NCBI GenBank assembly: GCA_020891255.1
Contig: BQFW01000004.1
Location: forward strand, 372,001 to 436,000
DNA: 64,000 bases
DNA from: Entomortierella parvispora E1425
Lineage: Eukaryota; Fungi; Mortierellomycota
Direction: 5' to 3'
Shown: positions 1 to 11,308 of the stretch, piece after piece
Numbering within the stretch: position 1 is the stretch's first letter
Layout of the letters: the number at the start of each line of letters is the position of its first letter
Made by a program: the position numbers and the translations under genes
The notes under the pieces: model-generated
Told to the model about the DNA's origin: nothing
The model's database searches: none
The model's input: the letters and a program-made list of their open reading frames with translations, nothing else

Positions 1-2
1 AG

Positions 3-1934
3 GAGCAATGGGGTTTGGCCGATCGTGTCTCTCAAAAGGCCCACAAGATGGCCTCGCCTCGCGAGGGCGGTCAGTTCCCCAAGGAAGGAGGCAAGAAGGA
101 GGGCAAGCAAGGAGGTAAAACCTCAGGGTTGGGCATTCAAGCTAGCGGATCCGTCACATCAGGGGGAAGCGATGGACCCCATTCAGCAGGACCCAACTCT
201 GCTGGATCCCAGAGCGGCGCTGCTGCTGCTGGTCAGAAGGGAGGAGCCCAAAAGCCCCCAACCGCTCCCTCTCAAAAATCCATGACCAAGGCAGAGCGTC
301 GTGAACTTCAGGAGAAACAAAAGGCAGAGAAGGCAGCTCGTTTGGCCTCAGGATTGCCTGCCTCAGGGAAGAAGGCGGCTCAGGTTCTTGCTCAGCCCAA
401 CTCTGGATTCTCCCCTAACCCTTCGAAATCCTTGGCGACTTCGTTCCCTGGAGCCGAGGCCGAAAAGGCCATGGCTGGAGGCGGTGAATCAACTAACCAA
501 ACCAAGAGACGTGAAAAATTGACCAAGGAGATTGGATTGTTTGCTCATTTGGATCCTCCAAAGTTTGCCAACACTGCTTCGGCTCCCAAGGATCTCCATC
601 CCGCTGTTGTGAATGTTGGATTGCAGATGGCTCAGTTCAAGATTTGTGGAGCAAACGCTCGCTGCGTTGCCACCATGAGCGCCTTCCGCAAGGTATGGAC
701 TTTTATGAAGAAAGGCGACACACCTCTGATGCAACAGGTTGGCTGACATGATGACACTGTATTTCTATGAAAATAGGCCATTCAAGATTACCAGACACCA
801 CCCAACACGACTCTTTCTCGCCACATGCAGACGTACTTGAACCCCCATATCAGCTACTTGGTGACATGCAGACCCATGGCTGTCAGTATGGGTAATGCCA
901 TTCGATACCTCAAGTACGAGATTGGAAAGAACCTGGATTTGCCTGATGAGGATGTAAGATATTTTATTTTCTGGCGCTTCAGCTGAATCGATGGCGGCGG
1001 CCTTGTTTTGTTGTTTTGATGTCTTTTTTCCATCCGAGGCAATCCTTCTAACCTTTGCCATTTCTATCATTTCAGGCCCGTGCTTTGTTCTTGGAGAAGA
1101 TCGACAACTTTATTCGTGACAGAATTACGATGGCAGATCAGGTTATTACCAGCTTGGGATTGCAAAAGATTCAGGATGGTGATGTGATCTTGACCTATGC
1201 TCGCTCCTCAGTCGTGCAAGGGTTGCTTTTGGCCGCCCATGCCAAGGGTATCAAGTTCAAGGTCATTGTTGTTGACTCCCGCCCCCGTTTCGAAGGCAAG
1301 TTTGAAGTACCCTTTGATATTCAATTATATCTGGATAAATATAATCGCTCTGAATTACTAACCCCTCTTCCACTTTTGACCTTTTCGTATAATAGGAAAG
1401 CAACTTCTTCGTGCATTAGCCACAGCTGGAGTGCCTTGCACCTATGTTTTGTTGACGGCCATTGGACATGTGATGCGTGAGGTCAACAAGGTCATCTTGG
1501 GCGCTCACTCGTTGTTGTCGAACGGAGCTCTTTACTCTCGTGCCGGTACAGCTGTGGTGGCTATGTCTGCCCATGAGCGCAAGATTCCCGTGATTGTCTG
1601 CTGTGAGACCTACAAGTTCAGTGACCGTGTCCAGCTGGACAGTTTTGTGCAGAACGAGATTGGAAACCCAGATGAGCTTGTCAACGACGCCAACAACAAC
1701 TTTGGTCATAGCAGTACCCGCTGGCAGGAGAGCGTTCGCGGGGGGTTGTCGTCTACGACCAACGGAGCTACGGGTGCCGCTGGTGTGTTGAGCGGGTGGA
1801 AGGAGTCAAGAGATCTGAAGTTGTTGAACTTGCTCTACGATTTGACACCCAGTGAGTTTGTCACAGTGGTCATTACCGAAGTAGGATTGATCCCTTGCAC
1901 CTCCGTGCCCGTTATTCTCAGAGAGTTCCTGTAA
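3..1934 (+). CDS. GCD2: Translation initiation factor eIF2B delta subunit; 4 exons in window (~3-692, 777-953, 1076-1295, 1396-1934); 5' end open or starts at ATG 48
   Basis: Spliced product contains GANARCVATM, ILTYARSSVV, VIVVDSRPRFEG, VILGAHSLLSNGALYSRAGTAVVAM, CCETYKFSDRVQLDS and LYDLTPSEFVTVVITEVG. These are IF-2B family motifs, and the long Lys/Gly-rich N-terminus is typical of the delta subunit. Confidence 0.95.
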
Positions 1935-2322
1935 GTTTTTTTGAGATCCGAATCCGATGGGAAAGAACTATGAGTATGTCCCTTTGTACATTGTTGACTG
2001 ACGATGCGTCAATCCTTCTATCCATCTCATAGGCCAATGATGCAGCAGTAATGGAAGGTCGATCTTTGACCAGAAAGAATATAGACGAGACAAAAAAATT
2101 ACATTGAATGACTGTACGACTGTTCAGTCTGGCATCTAACACACATTGGAGGGCTGATTCAGAAGACAACCCTCTCCTTTTCAATATATCACCACAAGGC
2201 TATTATCATTCACAATGAGAACCAAAGGGATGTCTGGTTTGAAAATGCTGTATTTTGGGGGATGAAAATGCAAAATGGAGAGGGAAACTTTTTTGTAAAT
2301 AAGTTGGGTCGAAAACGTCTCT

Positions 2323-4888
2323 TTAGTTCTTCTTGGAGCGCTTTCCATCGCGAGCTGATTCTGTTGCCATGGCACTCTTGCGCTTGACGGTATCGACCAA
2401 CAAAGACAATGAAGGATCCTCAAAAAGACCAGAGGCCTTCTTGACGCCACCGCCACCAGAATTGCTGTTGTTGTTGTTGTTGTTGTTGCCTCCCTTCTTC
2501 TTGTTGGTATTCTTGTTGTTCTTGTTTGATTTTTGGTCAGGTGTCCGCTCAAGGATCTCTTCGCCCTGGGCAGCCGTCCGCCTTTGACGCTCCTGCATCA
2601 ACTCGTTCATAGCCTTTGTCTTCTTGAAATTAGGGTTGGTGGGATCCAAAGCAAAGTGATGGGACTCGTGCAAAGCGCTGAAACGAGGATCCTGAACATC
2701 AATCTTGAAATCATCCTGCAAGTCTTCACCCTTGTTCTTGTCGTTCTGACCGTTCTGCTTGTTCTTCTTCTTGTTCCTCTTCTCGTTCTTCTCGGCCTTT
2801 TGAATCTCCTTCATGTTGAAATGTTGGTTCGATTCCCGGTTGTCCTCCATCAACAACTCGAGCTCGGCCTTCTTGCGGTTGTCCTCCAGTCGCTCCTCCT
2901 TGGTGCGCTTCTTCTTGTCCGACTTCTTCTTGTCCTTCTTGTCCGCGGCTCCCTTCTTGCCCTTAGCGGGCAACATCATGTCACCACCGGCGAATTCCTC
3001 CGCAAAGTAAGAGTCGTTCATTAAACGCTCGTCTTCATCATCCGAGAACAAAGCTTCGCCACCTATAATATAAATGTCAAGAAATAAAACATGTAAGCGC
3101 CTCTCCCAGATATAACAAACAAATAAATATAAAAATAAAAAATAAAAATAAAAGCACCACTTGACTTACCCATCTGCTCATCTTCGCTCTCGCCTTCACT
3201 CTCACTGCCCTTGAGCTTGGCAGCTCTCTGCTCCTTGCGACGCAACTTGCGCTCCTTCTCCTTGCGCTTATAGGCCTCAATGGAGGTCTCTGCCTTGGCA
3301 GGCTCAGCCTCACGCTGCTTCTTCTCCTCCAACAACTCGGCGGCCTTCTCGCTCAAACCGGGGGCGAATGTGATCTCCATCTCCTGGTTCTTGTCGTCGT
3401 CGCTCTCAGCATCACTGTCATCCGAATCCTTGCCACCGGCCAACAGAGCACGGTACTTGCGTCTCGTCGCCTCCACATCGTCCTCATCCTCTGAATCCTC
3501 CTCGTCCGAGGACGCCAAGTAGGCCTTAAAGTCCATATCCTCCAGATCCTGCTTGGAGAACTTGTGGCGGGTGACCTTGATTCTGTCCGCATCATCCTCG
3601 TCCCAGGTCAACTTGACGTTGGAATGCTGGAAAACCTGGGTCGTGAACTCGTTGGGCTTGTAGTTCTCGGGGGCACCAAAGGATTCATCCCGAGGGGTAT
3701 CGTCAAACTCCATGCCGTCGGGAATATAACGAAGATCGAAAAAGTTGGCACTGCTCTCGTACTCGGCGCCATCGCAGGCCTCACAGATGGCCTTGGCGGT
3801 CTCGACCGAGTCGCAGTCCACGACCGCATAGTAGTACTTCAGACGATCCAACTGGTACTGACGCAACGCATCGGCATCAACCTGTTCACTGCTGTCGTCT
3901 GTCTGGTCCTTGATCAAGGTCTCCTGGGTCACCTCATCCTCATCCTGTTCCGAATCAGACGCATCCTCGTCCAACTTGATCTTGGAACCCGCCTTCTTGA
4001 AGATCTCTGCTGGAGGTCCCTCACGCTCCTCACGCTCCAGACGCTCCTTTCCAAACTCGGAGGGGTAAATCTTGACCGATCGAATGGCACCCTTCTCGGG
4101 CTTGAAGCCTGAAAAGACCTTGAAGAGATCTGTGGACTTGACGTGATCCCAGTCCAGGTTCACGCAAGCGAAACGGTGCGACTCGTCTCCTCTGGGGACA
4201 TCATCGTCCTCCTCTTCTTCTTCTTCTTCCTCTGCAAGCTCGGCCTCGCGGTCCAGTTCAGCAGCTGCGTCCTCGTCAATCTCGGAATCAGACTCCTCAT
4301 CCGAGTCGGAACCAGAGATGACACCACGACCACGCATGGGGTCATAGACATTGTCCTCATCCTCGTCCGATCCAGACACGCTGACATCCTCTTCGTTGTC
4401 GGATCCTGAACCGCTAGCAGCCTCCTCGTCTTCCTCGTCTTCTTCTTCTTCCTCCTCTTCCTCATCCTCGTCGCTTCTAGTAGGTCCCTTCTGGAGCTGG
4501 TAAAACTTCTTCATTTGCTGATCGCCTGCCTTTCCTTGGAGCTTGCGACCGTACTTGTCAACCTTGGCTATAAAGACGATCGAAACAGGGGTAAAAAGTC
4601 AAGTTTAGTACAAGATACAAGAGAGCAACCAAGAGGTTTTGTCCCTCCTTCCTTTCTCTTTTGTTCTTCAATACGACTCCTTTCTTATCTCTTGGGAGGC
4701 TACTTACGTGCGCTAGAGAACTCCTTGCCCTTGAGCATAGAAGAGAAACGAGAGTCGACGGTGACCTTGGAGTCCTTCTTGGTAGGTCGCATGAACCGAG
4801 GATCGCGATGGACATGGGCGAAACGGGCATCCTTAATGATGGGACCCTGGGGGCCCTTCTTCTTGTCGTCTTTACCCTTAGGCGCCAT
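2323..4888 (-). CDS. ESF1: Pre-rRNA processing protein ESF1 (NUC153 domain); 3 exons
   Basis: N-terminal DARFAHVHRDPRFMRP...DSRFSSM, RFACVNLDWDHVKSTDL, LRQYQLDRLKYYYAVV, FFDLRYIPD, and C-terminal DPRFSALHESHHFALDPTNPNFK. GT-AG introns join the frames. Confidence 0.95.
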
Positions 4889-5820
4889 GGTGATGATGGA
4901 TGGAGGGGGGTGTTTGGTAATGGATGGGGGTTGATGAAATGCCTGACCTTTTTTTGCTTTTCTCGACTGCATGCACTTTTTTCTTTTTTTTTGTTGCCTC
5001 TGTTTACTCGACAAATAACGCAGTCACGCTTTTTTTTCTTTTTTTTTTGCCTCTCTTGCATGGATATGTCAATCGTTACTTTACTGCTCTCTCTCTCTCT
5101 CGGTCGATCATAATGGGACTGAGAGATTTGGGGACATTGGACACATTACTCAATACCTTTGCAGAGATAGACTGGGTCTCCGATGGACTGTTTGCCGCAT
5201 GGTCGAAAGAGGCACTGTTGCCCCTGAGCACGAAAGGATAGAGAACTGGGAATGATGGAAATGAAATGAACACTGAAGAATCGCAAAGTATCACATATGT
5301 CGACTGCCACAGGTGACACACCTGCTTGTGGACGAGTTGAAAGACTACTTCTCCATGCGAAGACTAAGAAGAGATTCAGAAAAAGAGCGCCTGTTAAAAC
5401 ACAGAGCGATAGAAAGCATGCTTCACCAACGGAAATGAATAAGAGTACAAAAGCAAAGGCCAACAGGGTCCTTTCCTGACCTCAAAGAGGCGATTGAGGA
5501 GTGAAGTCCATGCCCATGATACCAAAGGCGCGTCAAAGAAAAAGACGGCTAGAGGAACCTCCCAGACAGCATTTACATGGGTTAGGAGCACTGTGATTGG
5601 CCGGAGGCCCTCTCAATGTCGACAGGATCTATGATAGGCATGGTTCATCTCCAATGCCAAAGTACACTGTCCATTCTAGCCCATTATATACACCATACAC
5701 ACGCGTTTTCACTTTTCACAAAATATAGATTTGACGCAAGGGTTGTTTTTTTATTTCTCCAACAGAAATCAAATCCGCTCTTGCAAGCAAAATATATACC
5801 AAATGAGATTTGATAATAAT

Positions 5821-7062
5821 TTACTTGAGGGGAATGAAACGGGAAGAGTGGGTAGCACCGATACCGGGACGACCGTGCTTGACGGGCTTGTAGGTAATGG
5901 AGAACTCACCGAGGTAGTGACCAATCATCTCGGGCTTGATCTCGACCTGGTTGAAGGTCTTTCCGTTGTAGACACCGACAATGGAACCGATCATCTCGGG
6001 GACGACAATCATGTTACGGAGGTGGGTCTTGACAACAGCGGGCTTCTCCATGGCGGGAGCATCCTTCTTGGCCTGACGCAACTTCTTGATCAAACCCATG
6101 GGCTTGCGCTTAAGACCACGCTGGAAACGTCTACGGGGACGGGCGTTGACAAGGTCCATGAGCTGCTCAGAGGACAAATCCAAGAGCTTGTCAAGGTCAA
6201 TTCCGCGGTAAGAAAACTTGCGGAAGGTGCGCTTCTTCCTCGCGTCAATAGCGGCGTCGTCGTGATGTTCGTCAGCCTAAAAAAGGTGGTGAAAGTAATA
6301 AAAGAAAAGTCCTTTGTGAGTTTTTTTTTTCCTTTTCGCTCCTTGTGGCACTTTTTTTTTTTTTTTTTGGCTGCTGTCGTCGGATGGTAGAAGAGATGTC
6401 GAGGGTCGGTAGAAAAAAAATATTCCAGTGTTGTTGGAAGTTGTTGTCTTTGTTGTCTTGACTGAATGGTGATCGCGCTCTGAATCCGCTGATGCAGTTG
6501 TAAGCTCCAGCATCTCCTTTACGAATGGCTGACAAGTTCCCAAGGTCAGAGGTTCCAGGCAGCAGAGCCGCATAAAACAATCTTGTTGTGTTCACTCATC
6601 GGCGTTTGTTCAGGAGACGCAGTTCCAGACTGCGGCATCAGCGGTTCATTCCTCTGTCCTGAATGCAAACCATGAAGTGAAAGACAGAAAAAAAGGCGAT
6701 CGTCTCCCTGCACATGCGTTGATGATGTTCCTTTAATCCAGTTTTCCAGCACAGGTAATGTCTCTGTGGAGCAGCGCAACGTCTCTTTTGAGATTGCCCA
6801 TTGGCCGGCTGACCAGGATATTAAGATGGACCAACAGATCATCCTGAAATCCAGTCATCTCCCATGAACTTCCAGCATCTCCATTTTCCATGGATGAGTG
6901 GTGATTCCTGATTCCTGGGCGACGTAGGGCGTATAGGTTGATGAGGTTGATGATGGGTGCTTTGAGATCGATGGATAGGTCGATCGATGGGTTCCGTCCC
7001 ATGGTGGATGCATGGCTCAATGCAGTATAAAAAAAACGCAGTCATCGTATCCGTAGTACCAT
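5821..7062 (-). CDS. RPS15: 40S ribosomal protein S15 (uS19); ATG-only first exon at 7062-7060, ~780-nt intron (7059-6277), main exon 6276-5821
   Basis: [12 protein letters not shown]...[27 protein letters not shown]...[22 protein letters not shown]. The main exon opens after TTTTTTAG. The position of the ATG|GTACT first exon is inferred. Confidence 0.95.
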
Positions 7063-7131
7063 GATGGGTAAGTTTTGAAAGGGAGTTTTTCACAGGGCAG
7101 AGCGCTCGCCTCTTTAGAGGGGCCTAGGAGA

Positions 7132-7139
7132 CAGTCACA
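7132..7139. promoter_or_regulatory. Homol-D box (CAGTCACA/TGTGACTG) in the RPS15/RRP1 divergent promoter
   Basis: Exact match to the Homol-D element known from S. pombe ribosomal-protein promoters, 70 nt upstream of the inferred RPS15 ATG. Confidence 0.55.
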
Positions 7140-7356
7140 CATTCATTGTTCACGTGATCAGTATTTTGATTTCTTTTTTTTTCTTTTTTTTTGAAGGGCA
7201 AGCAAGCCCTTGGGACTATTGGTTGCAGTACAGAAGGCCGCCTTCATTCACAAACAGGGCACACATTGCATTTATTCATCCCATCTCCGCCTTCATCACC
7301 CTTCTGTCTTCATCACCACACCCTTTCACCCTCATCTCTCATCACTTTTATACACA

Positions 7357-8972
7357 ATGGTCGTCATTGGCTCAGCAGCAGAGTCGTCATCGCCCTTCGG
7401 AAAGAGGTTGGCCGCCAACGGTATGAAAACTTGACTTTTCCTCTTGGAGCCAAGGGTCGGCAGGATTACCTCAAAGACTAGCCGGTCAATCATCATGAGA
7501 GACTCCCTGACATCAAAGGATCCTATCTAACATGCCTTTGCGTTGATCCTCTAGACAAGAAGACCAGAGATAAGGCCGTCAAGGCTCTTGGAAGATGGAT
7601 CTCGAACAAGAAGGACTTTTCACATTTGGAATTGATGAAGCTTTGGAAGGGTCTTTTCTACTGTAAGGAACTCTCGGTTCGATTATCATGTTGGCTCAGA
7701 AGATAAAGGATCTATAAGATCTACCAGGTCTTAACATGACTTTCCGCAATTGATCTGTAGGCGTGTGGATGTCTGATAAGCCCGTCATTCAACAGCAACT
7801 GAGCGATACCATTTCAGCCTTGATTCTTCGTGTACCCCGTGAGAGTGTCATGGCCTTCATTGCTACCTTCTGGGAGACCATGTGCGCAGAATGGCACGGC
7901 ATCGACCGTTTGAGGTACAGGACAATCCCCCGCTCTTGAACCCATGAGGCGTTTTCCAGAATGCCCACAAGCCTTTTTTTTTTTTTTTTTTTGAAGATTG
8001 TTAACTTTTTACTCCACTTTTTCCCCTCCAGATTGGACAAGTTTTACTTCTTGCTTCGTCGTTTCTTGCTCTACTCATTCAAGATGCTCAAGGAGAACCA
8101 GTGGGATTTGGAGACGATCGAGGAATTCAGCACAGTCATGATCAACGGCCCATTAAAGTAAGAAATCGCCACCGCCTACAAGCAAGGGATCAGAATGGGA
8201 CAAATCTGGAAAACTCGATCTAGTATTAATAATTTTCGACTTTTTCCATTCAACTTCATATAGCGCAACAAGCAAAAAGGTACCCGATGGTATTCGTTTC
8301 CATTTGATCGAAATTTACTTGGAGGAGCTCGAGAAGGTGGTGGAGATTGCACAGTCCGGTCAGGTGCCAACAGCCCATGTCCTTGGACCCATGTTCCATC
8401 TCTTGAAGAGCACTGTGAACGGAAAGGTGTTCAAGAAGGTCGCCGAGGATGTTTTTGAGGAGATTCTTAGAAAGACTGGTAGGTGCAGGATACGCTCAAC
8501 TGTTGTATATTTGATCTTCACTGATCTTCATATCGGACTAGCATGCTGACCCTATTCTTCTTTTCTTTCTTGTGATCTTACAGCTGAAGGCGAAGGAGAG
8601 GACTCTGACTTTGAAGACGAGAGCGAATTGACCGTTTTCGACAAGGATGAGGACGAGGATGAAGATGATGAGGAAGAGAAGGACGACGAAGAGATGGCTG
8701 AAGATGATGAGGACGAGGACGAGGATGATGAGGCTGCTGCCGAGAAGGCCATGGAGATGGAGGAGGACGAGATGGAGAGCACATCATTCGATTATGATCT
8801 TCTCGGTATCAAGGAACGTCTTTTGGCCGTTGTTCAGGATGAGGAGACCGTGGATCAGAACAAGCGCAAGGTGGATGTTTTGTACAAGGCTTACCAGGAT
8901 TTCTGCCCGTTGGATGAGGATGATTCGGACATGGAGGACGAGGCAAACGAGGAAGAGGAGGATGAGGCATAA
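7357..8972 (+). CDS. RRP1: rRNA processing protein RRP1 (Nop52/NNP-1 family), multi-exon
   Basis: Spliced FGKRLAAN|[12 protein letters not shown]...[10 protein letters not shown]|[14 protein letters not shown]...[16 protein letters not shown]|[10 protein letters not shown], followed by an acidic C-terminal tail. Confidence 0.93.
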
Positions 8973-11308
8973 AGCGAGGGACACGAGTGTTCTCTTTGAC
9001 TCAACAACCAACACAAACATATCTCAGATTTCGATCTTTGAAAGACGATCCGATCTGGCTTTTGCATATCCATTATTATCTCTACACAACCCTTGCATAT
9101 TTTCGACCGCATCAAAATAAAAACAAATAGCCCCCAACCTCTACTCCCTCTTATCACTTCTCACTATTACCGTGGGTCTGATAGGGTTCGCTGCTACATT
9201 AGTTTTTATGGTAGACTGCAGTTCTCCTGAAGATGGAGCAATGAAACTACAATGTAAACCGACATAGCCACGGAATCGCGTTGGTAACCGCGTTTGAATC
9301 TGATGAGCAAATCGGTCACACACACACTTCCTACTCCTGGTCGTACCTTGGTGCGACCTGTGGACCAGGGTCCGTTGAGCTAAATAGACTACATCCACAA
9401 AAAACAATGCCCCTTGTCACGCGGGCACGTAGAAAACAACATGGACAGAACAGGTGGTTTGCCGTGGTGGATCCCGCCAAGGATCATGGTTTAGCAAGAT
9501 GAAACGCGTCCATGCGCGCCTTTGTATCCCGATACGGATCAGTTGACAATCCTCCTTTTTTTTCCTTTTTTTTTTGGGAACGCCGCGCCGGTGCCCTCTT
9601 GGCTCTCTTTTCCCTTTTCGTCTTTTTCATGAGGGAGCGATCGTTAGAAACAGTACCGGGATGCTCTTCCTCACTCCAGGTCTGACTGAGTACTACTGTA
9701 CCACACGTTTCTGTGCCTGCGGCTCAATGGCTCTCTATCGGCTCATGTGTCTCTCTATTTTATTTTTTTTTAGGACGGGGTCGGGAAACAAAACTAGCTT
9801 TACTTTTTGCCGTCCTCTCCCCCTCGACCGCCGCCCCCTTGAAAGCTCTCCAGCTCCCGTCTCTGTCTATCTCTCTCCCTCTCTACCATCCCTCTCTCGC
9901 CAGCTCCTGTTAGCCGAGCTACTAACGACGTCAGTCTGTCACAGTTTACACTCTCCAGATCTCTGAATCATCAGGAATTGTAAAAATAAAATAAAAAGGT
10001 GCCAACCAGGCTCTACCAGGGTCAGGTGTGGGGGTGTGGGGGGTGCGAACGGAATGGCGCGTCCCCTCTTCCAATGTTTTTTTTTTTGACTGGGCGAAGC
10101 AGTAATCGAAAAAAAAGAGCAGAACGAATGAGAGCAGTAAGAGATGAAGAACAAAAGGGAAATGTGACGCGACCACTACGCGTTCTTGCTCGGAAAACAT
10201 TAACAGCAAAAGAGGAAAGGATCATACACCATCACACAACAGGAGAAAGAGCGGGAAGACAAGAGATAGAGAAAGAAACAAGAGGATGAAGAAGAAGGGG
10301 TAAGACGGATAGAGACAATGAGAGACAGGCGGAAGGGGTTCTCCTCAGAGATGGATGACGAGGGGGAGAGAGGAAAGGGGATTGAGGGATCAGAGGAGAT
10401 GCTTGTTGACGGTTGGTGGGTCCAAGGTGAAGGGACCTTCCCCATTCTTGTCTGTTTGTCGTTTGTAGGAAGGAGGTGACCGTCGTCATTTCTTGACTTT
10501 TCTCTTTTTTCTCTTTGACATTGCCTGTTTGCAGGCGCACCAGTCAGCAAACCTCCGTCTTTGGCACGATGTTTAGGTCCGAATGCAGCAGCTGTGCATC
10601 AACATTTTTTTTTCTTTTTATTTGGTGCGGGGTCCTGCAAGTTCCTGTGACTAAGAGTGTAGTGTCAGACTGAGCATGAGCTCAAAGTCGACTATGATGA
10701 TATGATGAGAAGATGATACTGACGATGGTTATGGTGATGATGAACCTGAAGATGGCGAGCAAGGATCAGGACCTAGATCAGGGTCAGGTATGGGAACTCA
10801 GAAACTGACCCGACCCCACCGTCTACATCAGCATGATCAGCGGAGAGGGGTGCACATCCTGGATGCCCCTTCTTGGAATTGTCCCAATGCCCATGGTGTT
10901 CGAAAGAGAGAGAGAGCTCAGCTCGCTTCAAACATTGCCCACGGTCCTCCAAAACTGCAGTCAACAACAGCACGATAGGCGATGGTCGAATGACCCCAGC
11001 AGGCAGCAGTAGACAGCCATGAATGCAATGACTGCAGAGCACGGACGAAGTCGCCTTCATGCGTTGATCCCGTTTGTTGATGCTGTTTTCATCGAGTGCC
11101 TTTGCTCGCTCTCCCTTTCTCCTTTTTTCTCTCTCTCTCATTCTCTCTCTTCTTCTAGCTCCCTTTACTTTCCTCTCTTTCCTCCTCTTTCAACTCTCTT
11201 TTGAATCTCCCTTCTCAGTCCCCACCCGCAACCTTCATACTCTCCTCCTCCCTCACTCTCTCACTCTTTCTTCCTCTTTCTTCCTCTTTCTTCTCACACT
11301 TTACACAC

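Noticed and set aside
4558-5479. Poly-Lys/poly-Phe ORFs upstream of ESF1 and similar ones elsewhere
   Set aside because: They are artefacts of A/T homopolymer runs in promoter and intron DNA.
6475-6560. RNase P/MRP-like motifs (GGAACCUCUGA, UGGAGCUUAC, UUCAGAG) in the RPS15 intron
   Set aside because: The candidate CR-I and CR-V elements are only ~70 nt apart and do not form one consistent P4 helix. The element is too small.
6646-6690. snR30/U17-like m1/m2 motifs (ATTCCT...AAACCAT...ACA) on the plus strand
   Set aside because: They are antisense to the host intron, m1 is incomplete relative to AUAUUCCUA, and the m1-m2 spacing is too short.
9300-9340. CTGATGAG hammerhead-like core
   Set aside because: No stem II followed by GAAA, and no stem I/III pairing found.
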